This document shows positions 15,619 to 20,000 of a DNA stretch of 20,000 bases, piece by piece. Each line of letters begins with the position of its first letter. Within the stretch, counting starts at the first letter, position 1. The stretch lies in the IMG/VR virus record IMGVR_UViG_3300025413_000016. One strand, written 5' to 3'. The notes below the pieces were generated by a model. It searched no databases. It was not told where the DNA came from and saw only the letters and a program-made list of their open reading frames with translations. The DNA comes from an uncultured virus (IMG/VR IMGVR_UViG_3300025413_000016). Its lineage: Duplodnaviria > Heunggongvirae > Uroviricota > Caudoviricetes. Made by a program: the position numbers and the translations under genes.

Positions 15619-15670
15619 GGTAGAGTTGACCGTCTGCCATTATTAATAGGTCAAATGAGAAAGGTAACCT

Positions 15671-16285
15671 GTGTCAAAAGACATGGTTTGGCTTAAGAAA
15701 AAGGACGGTAGAGGTTGGACTTCCAACCGTACCCGTGACGTGATTGACTATGCTTTCACGGTAAGTAACAATACGCCATGCAAAGTTGAGATAAGAAAAT
15801 CATGGCGACCAAATGGTAGAGCTAACAATACGTTTGCTAGCTTGACGTTTGAAACTCCTGAGATTGCTAAAGCAACTATTGAGCACTTAGTTAATACAGT
15901 GCGTGATTGCTTTGACACTCAGACTGAAGGACGTAAATGGTTCTTGGAAACCATGCTTGCTAAGTGTGTTGACGATGGCCGTGCAGAAGTATGGATGCCT
16001 AACTCTAGCAACACTAGTAGTGTTCGGGTAGGCAAGATGGGGTATACTCCACCTGCTACTCCACCGCCATTAACTGCTATTACTCCACCTCGTGTAATAG
16101 CACCAACCTGGCCAGCTAAACCAACAGCAGAAGATGTTGAAGAGATGATTAATATCATTACTGAAACATCTAGTGCAACTGATGAAGCGACTGTTGAACC
16201 TGAGATTGTTGAACCTGTAGTTGTTCAGCAACCTAAAACCATTGTTATCAATGGTAAAGAAATTCAAATCGGCTGGCCTCAGTAG
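15671..16285 (+). CDS. hypothetical protein with a Pro/Thr-rich linker
   Basis: GAAAGG SD, GTG start. Confidence 0.75.
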   Translation: MSKDMVWLKKKDGRGWTSNRTRDVIDYAFTVSNNTPCKVEIRKSWRPNGRANNTFASLTFETPEIAKATIEHLVNTVRDCFDTQTEGRKWFLETMLAKCVDDGRAEVWMPNSSNTSSVRVGKMGYTPPATPPPLTAITPPRVIAPTWPAKPTAEDVEEMINIITETSSATDEATVEPEIVEPVVVQQPKTIVINGKEIQIGWPQ

Positions 16286-16297
16286 TAAATGTAGTAA

Positions 16298-16324
16298 GCA
16301 CCTGGGTATGTGTCTAAACTGCCC
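16298..16324 (+). ncRNA. H-type pseudoknot, family A
   Basis: GCAC/GTGT and GGGTA/TGCCC stems, CT linker, TAAAC before the final strand. Confidence 0.55.
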
Positions 16325-16354
16325 ACTTAAACCCACAAACAGTTAGGATACAAA

Positions 16355-16747
16355 ATGAAGTATGCAATTACAGTTACCGCAGAAAACAAGCTTGACATCA
16401 TTGATTTTGATGAATCTAAATCATATGAAACAATCAAAGCAGCTATTGGAGGCGGTACAATTCAATGCATTCACATACCATCATTGGATGTTGACATGTG
16501 GATTGATGACGAAGGTAAGTTGGTTAATGAACCAGTAATCAATGCGTTTGGTTCTGCACTATGGGTTGACTCATATGGTATGACTGATCTTATTGTTGGT
16601 GACATCATTGTTACTGGTGGTGTTGATGATGAAGGTCATACACTTGGTCTTACGTTTGATAAAGCCGCTAATGTTTACAAGCGAGTTCATGAAGTTATGA
16701 AAAAAGCAATTGCAGAAGATAATGAAATTGAAACCGTAACCAAGTAA
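16355..16747 (+). CDS. DUF3846-like protein
   Basis: IGGG.IQ.I...MWIDDEGKL...PVIN...D.IVGDIIVTG pattern. Confidence 0.75.
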   Translation: MKYAITVTAENKLDIIDFDESKSYETIKAAIGGGTIQCIHIPSLDVDMWIDDEGKLVNEPVINAFGSALWVDSYGMTDLIVGDIIVTGGVDDEGHTLGLTFDKAANVYKRVHEVMKKAIAEDNEIETVTK

Positions 16748-16760
16748 GAAAGGAACATAC

Positions 16761-17402
16761 ATGCCCAATCATGTATACAATTCAGTAACATTAACCGGTA
16801 GCTTTAGAGACCTTACAAGGTTAAAAATGCTACTTAACATGCCTCATGAATGTCAACATGTTCATAATGATACTGATATTTCACAGTTTAATTTTTTCAG
16901 TTTACTAGCACCAGATAAATCTGTATGGGATGAATACTATGGTGAAGAACCTAGTTATAAAGACCTTGCAGAAAGAGTGCGCCATTCTACTAATCATTGG
17001 TACGATTGGAACGTTCGTAACTGGGGTACTAAATGGAATGCTTATGACATTGATTACTCAGATACATTTGACAATGATGACATTGATAATAACCAACACA
17101 GTATTAGTTATCATTTTAATACTGCTTGGTCACCACCATATGGTATCATTACTGCTCTTTCTAAAAAGATTGAAGAGCTTAAATTAAACGTTACGTTTAG
17201 TTGGCACTACGAAGAAGAGCAGGGTTGGGGTGGTGAATTTGAATACGATGGCAACACATTAAGTGTTGTTGGAGAGTGGGATATACCCGCAAGCCATGCT
17301 GATTATCAATCACGAGACAAGGTAGAAAATTGTGTTTGTAGTTGGTCAGACGACATGGATGATTGGTTTGAGGATTGTCCTCGACCAGAAGAAAGTAAGT
17401 AA
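16761..17402 (+). CDS. YubB/Api92-like (DUF1281-type ferredoxin-like domain) protein
   Basis: MPN..N start; WYDWN..NWGTKW, F.TAWSPP and YEE motifs. Confidence 0.8.
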   Translation: MPNHVYNSVTLTGSFRDLTRLKMLLNMPHECQHVHNDTDISQFNFFSLLAPDKSVWDEYYGEEPSYKDLAERVRHSTNHWYDWNVRNWGTKWNAYDIDYSDTFDNDDIDNNQHSISYHFNTAWSPPYGIITALSKKIEELKLNVTFSWHYEEEQGWGGEFEYDGNTLSVVGEWDIPASHADYQSRDKVENCVCSWSDDMDDWFEDCPRPEESK

Positions 17403-17407
17403 ATAAT

Positions 17408-17956
17408 ATGGGACTTGATCAGTATCTATACGGTGTTCAGGCACACCCTGATAACACTGATTTTGATGTATCACCAGAAGCTAAGTACCTTGGCATCTCT
17501 ACTTGGCGTAAGCACCCTAACCTTGAAGGTTGGATGGAAAAGCTATTCAATATTAAAGCTGATGCTCAAGGTTATAAAGGTCAAACAGATTTTCCTGACT
17601 CTGTAATTGCTAAGGTTGTTGGTAAGATTGATGAAGATAAAGTTACTCCTGAGTTGCTTGAACAAGCATCTATGCAAGATGATATGCAACAACTAATTCT
17701 TGAACAACAATATATATCTGCTACTGCATCTCTTAATAAGAAACGTATGTTTAACAACCAGTATTTAAAGTTGAACATGGGTGATCTTGATCAACTAGAG
17801 ATGGCAGTTAAGTTAAGTGAATTGCCACCAACAACAGGGTTTTTCTTTGGTGATGACTCTAGTGATGAGTACAAGGAACAAGACCTAGCAGTTATTGAAA
17901 TTGCCCGTGATGCTATTAGGCATGGGGTTGATGTCTACTACCGCAGTTCGTGGTAG
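17408..17956 (+). CDS. conserved-type phage protein (MGLD...WRK...GFFFG...SSW family)
   Basis: MGLDQYL, WRKHPNL.GW, LP.TTGFFFG and terminal YRSSW. Confidence 0.8.
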   Translation: MGLDQYLYGVQAHPDNTDFDVSPEAKYLGISTWRKHPNLEGWMEKLFNIKADAQGYKGQTDFPDSVIAKVVGKIDEDKVTPELLEQASMQDDMQQLILEQQYISATASLNKKRMFNNQYLKLNMGDLDQLEMAVKLSELPPTTGFFFGDDSSDEYKEQDLAVIEIARDAIRHGVDVYYRSSW

Positions 17957-17960
17957 AAAC

Positions 17961-17977
17961 GTTAGCAAGTAGCTAAC
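17961..17977 (+). repeat. AAGTA-loop hairpin, copy 8
   Basis: GTTAGC-AAGTA-GCTAAC; loop 40 nt before ATG 18007. Confidence 0.8.
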
Positions 17978-18006
17978 ACGCAGTAAACAAACAGTAAGGA
18001 ATAATC

Positions 18007-18348
18007 ATGGGTGACCGTGGACAAGTAGAGCTGGTTATGCCAGAAGGTAGCATCTTTCTATATACGCATTGGGGCGCTGAAGGATTGCCTTGGGTTGTAG
18101 CCAAAGCATTAGACCGTGGTCGTAGCCGTTGGGGCGACGATGAGTATCTCAACCGCATCATCTTTTCACAGATGATCAAGGATGAAGTCATGGAAGAAAC
18201 CGGCTATGGTATTAGCCTTGGTGAGCATGGTGACACATGGCGTTTAGTACGTGTTGATTATAACGACAGCACAATTACTGTTGTAGACAATGGACATTCC
18301 GGCCCTGAACTTACATTCGATGAGTTTGTAAGTATCCATGGAAATTAA
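18007..18348 (+). CDS. conserved-type phage protein (MGDR...LYxHW...RWxDxxY)
   Basis: AAGGA SD and the motif pattern. Confidence 0.75.
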   Translation: MGDRGQVELVMPEGSIFLYTHWGAEGLPWVVAKALDRGRSRWGDDEYLNRIIFSQMIKDEVMEETGYGISLGEHGDTWRLVRVDYNDSTITVVDNGHSGPELTFDEFVSIHGN

Positions 18349-18357
18349 GGAGCAAGT

Positions 18358-18606
18358 ATGAGTGAAGAATGGCGTGAACAAGCCAACTGTCGAGGCAAGG
18401 ATATCAGTATATTCTTTGCAGAGAAAGGAGATGCTGGCATACAAGCTGTTAAGTTAGCCAAAGAACTTTGCAGTGTTTGCGTAGTGCAACAACAATGTCT
18501 TGACTATGCAATTGACAACAACATTAAAGATGGCATCTATGGTGGATTACCACCTAAGCAACGTTGGGCATACAAGCGTGAAAGGAAAAAGAATGCAGTT
18601 AAGTGA
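18358..18606 (+). CDS. whiB: WhiB-family Fe-S transcription regulator
   Basis: W...A.C....FF, AK.LCxxC.V...CL.YA, GIYGG turn, basic C-terminus. Confidence 0.92.
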   Translation: MSEEWREQANCRGKDISIFFAEKGDAGIQAVKLAKELCSVCVVQQQCLDYAIDNNIKDGIYGGLPPKQRWAYKRERKKNAVK

Positions 18607-18721
18607 TTATGGTTTGCTACCACCAACAAACTTGGTAGAAGCATATCTAGTGATTGAGAAGTTACTAGATCGTTGTGACCAACTCAATGAAGTAATTGAT
18701 ATTATGGAGGAAGAACTATGA
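18593..18721 (+). CDS. small hypothetical protein, 42 aa
   Basis: Start moved to ATG 18593 after AAAGGA. Confidence 0.55.
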   Translation: MQLSDYGLLPPTNLVEAYLVIEKLLDRCDQLNEVIDIMEEEL

Positions 18722-18879
18722 AAGTATATGAAGTAACATGCGGGTTAACCGTAGTGTTGGAAGCAGAGACTCAGGAAGATGCTGAGAAAGCAGCTCGCCA
18801 GTTAGTTGATGGTGAGTTGGGTAGCCAGGTAGGCAAGATGATGTGGTACCAAGTAAAGGATAATAATGAATCTAAGTGA
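18718..18879 (+). CDS. small hypothetical protein, 53 aa (MKVYEVTC...VLEAETQEDAEK)
   Basis: GGAGG SD, ATGA overlap. Confidence 0.65.
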   Translation: MKVYEVTCGLTVVLEAETQEDAEKAARQLVDGELGSQVGKMMWYQVKDNNESK

Positions 18880-19024
18880 GAAACAATTGCGTTGTCTTCT
18901 AGAAATTATAGAAGCTGACATGGAATATGCTGAGATGACTGCGGACATGGAGTTTCGTGGTTTTCTTGGTGAGCTACACACAGAATTACAATCAGAGTTG
19001 TACAACAAAATGAAAGTGAAGTAA
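18866..19024 (+). CDS. small hypothetical protein, 52 aa (MNLSEKQLRCL...)
   Basis: AAAGGA SD, overlapping gene array. Confidence 0.6.
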   Translation: MNLSEKQLRCLLEIIEADMEYAEMTADMEFRGFLGELHTELQSELYNKMKVK

Positions 19025-19029
19025 TCATA

Positions 19030-19206
19030 ATGGATAATCCAAATGAACCAAAGAACTGTCCACGCTGTAAGCAAATCTATGTAGGGTTCCCCGCCCTATC
19101 TAGGTTGGATAACAAGTCACGCATCTGCTCGCCCTGTGGTATGGACGAAGCATTGCAGGACTTTACATGTGTACCACTAACCAATTTCCTTGAGGAGGAA
19201 GAATGA
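19030..19206 (+). CDS. small Zn-finger protein, 58 aa (CPRC...PALSR.DN...ICSPCG..EA)
   Basis: Two CxxC motifs; pattern common in phage miniproteins. Confidence 0.75.
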   Translation: MDNPNEPKNCPRCKQIYVGFPALSRLDNKSRICSPCGMDEALQDFTCVPLTNFLEEEE

Positions 19207-19328
19207 GAAAGTATGAAGTCACGTTAGTCATGGAGCTAGAATACAATCCTGATAAATGGGATTGGGGTTCTCTCTTAGATTTAAACGTCACTGAGACACT
19301 TGAGTCAGTCAAAGTAGAGGAGTTATAA
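19203..19328 (+). CDS. small hypothetical protein, 41 aa
   Basis: GAGGAGG SD; ATGA and TAATG coupling. Confidence 0.6.
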   Translation: MRKYEVTLVMELEYNPDKWDWGSLLDLNVTETLESVKVEEL

Positions 19329-19498
19329 TGAATTCAGAAACATCAATCATCTCAGGTGCAAAGTCATTAGTCCTGTGGGCTATTGATGATGCAAAAAGGA
19401 ATGGTAGTTTGGAACACGCTATCCATAACCTTAAGCGCATCTACGCATTCCTGGCAGACGAAGAGTTTGTAACAGAAAAACAAGGAAAGGAGGCATAA
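19328..19498 (+). CDS. small hypothetical protein, 56 aa
   Basis: GAGGAG SD; TAATG coupling at both ends. Confidence 0.6.
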   Translation: MNSETSIISGAKSLVLWAIDDAKRNGSLEHAIHNLKRIYAFLADEEFVTEKQGKEA

Positions 19499-19653
19499 TG
19501 GATGAAGTAACTAAAGATAACCTAGAAGAATGGTTTGAAGAGATTGATTTTACTGATTTAGATCAAGATGATCTTGATGAGTTGAACAATGAGTTGGACA
19601 AAGCTCGGGCATCAGTCTTTGAAACATTCCTCAATGAGTTCCCAATCAAGTAA
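19498..19653 (+). CDS. very acidic small protein, 51 aa
   Basis: AAGGAGG SD; 18 of 51 residues are D or E. Confidence 0.65.
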   Translation: MDEVTKDNLEEWFEEIDFTDLDQDDLDELNNELDKARASVFETFLNEFPIK

Positions 19654-19663
19654 GGAGTAAGTT

Positions 19664-20000
19664 ATGATATGTGAACCATGTGATCATGGACCTACTGTAT
19701 ATGAAAACTATTGTCAACATTGCAATGGTTTATGCCCCATATGTAGTGAGATGGGTGAGTGTGACACCTGTGGTAGAGAATATGAATTAGCTAGCCGTGA
19801 TGGTCGTTGTGGTGACTGTGGTGACTGTAGTTCATGTTGTACACATACTGAGGAGGAAACAATGAGTAAGTACCTTATCCGTGACTGGATGAACAACATC
19901 CTGTTTGATGGTATTGAGTTTGATAGTTTTGAGGAAGGGTGGGATTGGTTGTATGCCAACCACCCTGAGCCAGATGAATCAAGCCCCGACTGGGTTGACG
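19664..20000 (+). CDS. Cys-rich protein (13 Cys in the first 66 aa), open to the window end, with an in-frame internal start at 19862
   Basis: AAGGAG SD plus ATG 19664; second SD GAGGAGG plus ATG 19862 in the same frame; no stop within the window. Confidence 0.6.
   Translation, partial: MICEPCDHGPTVYENYCQHCNGLCPICSEMGECDTCGREYELASRDGRCGDCGDCSSCCTHTEEETMSKYLIRDWMNNILFDGIEFDSFEEGWDWLYANHPEPDESSPDWVD

Noticed and set aside
4828..17977. CRISPR array made of the AAGTA repeats
   Set aside because: Copies are dispersed by hundreds to thousands of bp with whole genes between, and their stems vary; no cas genes are present.
18824..18834. GCC-AGGTA-GGC, and GC-AAGTA-GT near 2426, as extra hairpin copies
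   Set aside because: Stems are only 2-3 bp and they overlap coding sequence.
588..19959. All minus-strand ORFs in the track
   Set aside because: Nearly all are shadows of + strand genes that have SD sites and coupled starts and stops; none shows a recognisable motif.

Overview
This looks like 20 kb from the early/accessory region of a large phage, probably infecting an actinobacterium. The support is a WhiB gene, an Rpf-like transglycosylase and strong GGAGGTGA Shine-Dalgarno (SD) sites. About 50 short genes all lie on the + strand, many translationally coupled, and no structural or replication genes are recognisable. Recognisable proteins are a MoxR/AAA_5 ATPase paired with a VWA (MIDAS) protein, an Rpf/lysozyme-like secreted protein, WhiB, a DUF3846-like protein, a YubB/Api92-like protein and several Cys-rich miniproteins. 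The most striking content is non-coding. (1) Eight hairpins share an invariant AAGTA loop with covarying stems, seven of them 34-40 nt before a start codon. (2) Two separate families of covarying H-type pseudoknots sit in leaders. (3) A multi-hairpin leader is repeated. (4) A tRNA-like RNA has a 6-nt self-complementary anticodon loop and lies just upstream of the AAA-VWA pair. (5) A ~700-nt, densely structured candidate ncRNA lies downstream of that pair. (6) Two perfect parS sites form one inverted repeat. All structures and family assignments were made by eye; no database search or folding computation was run.
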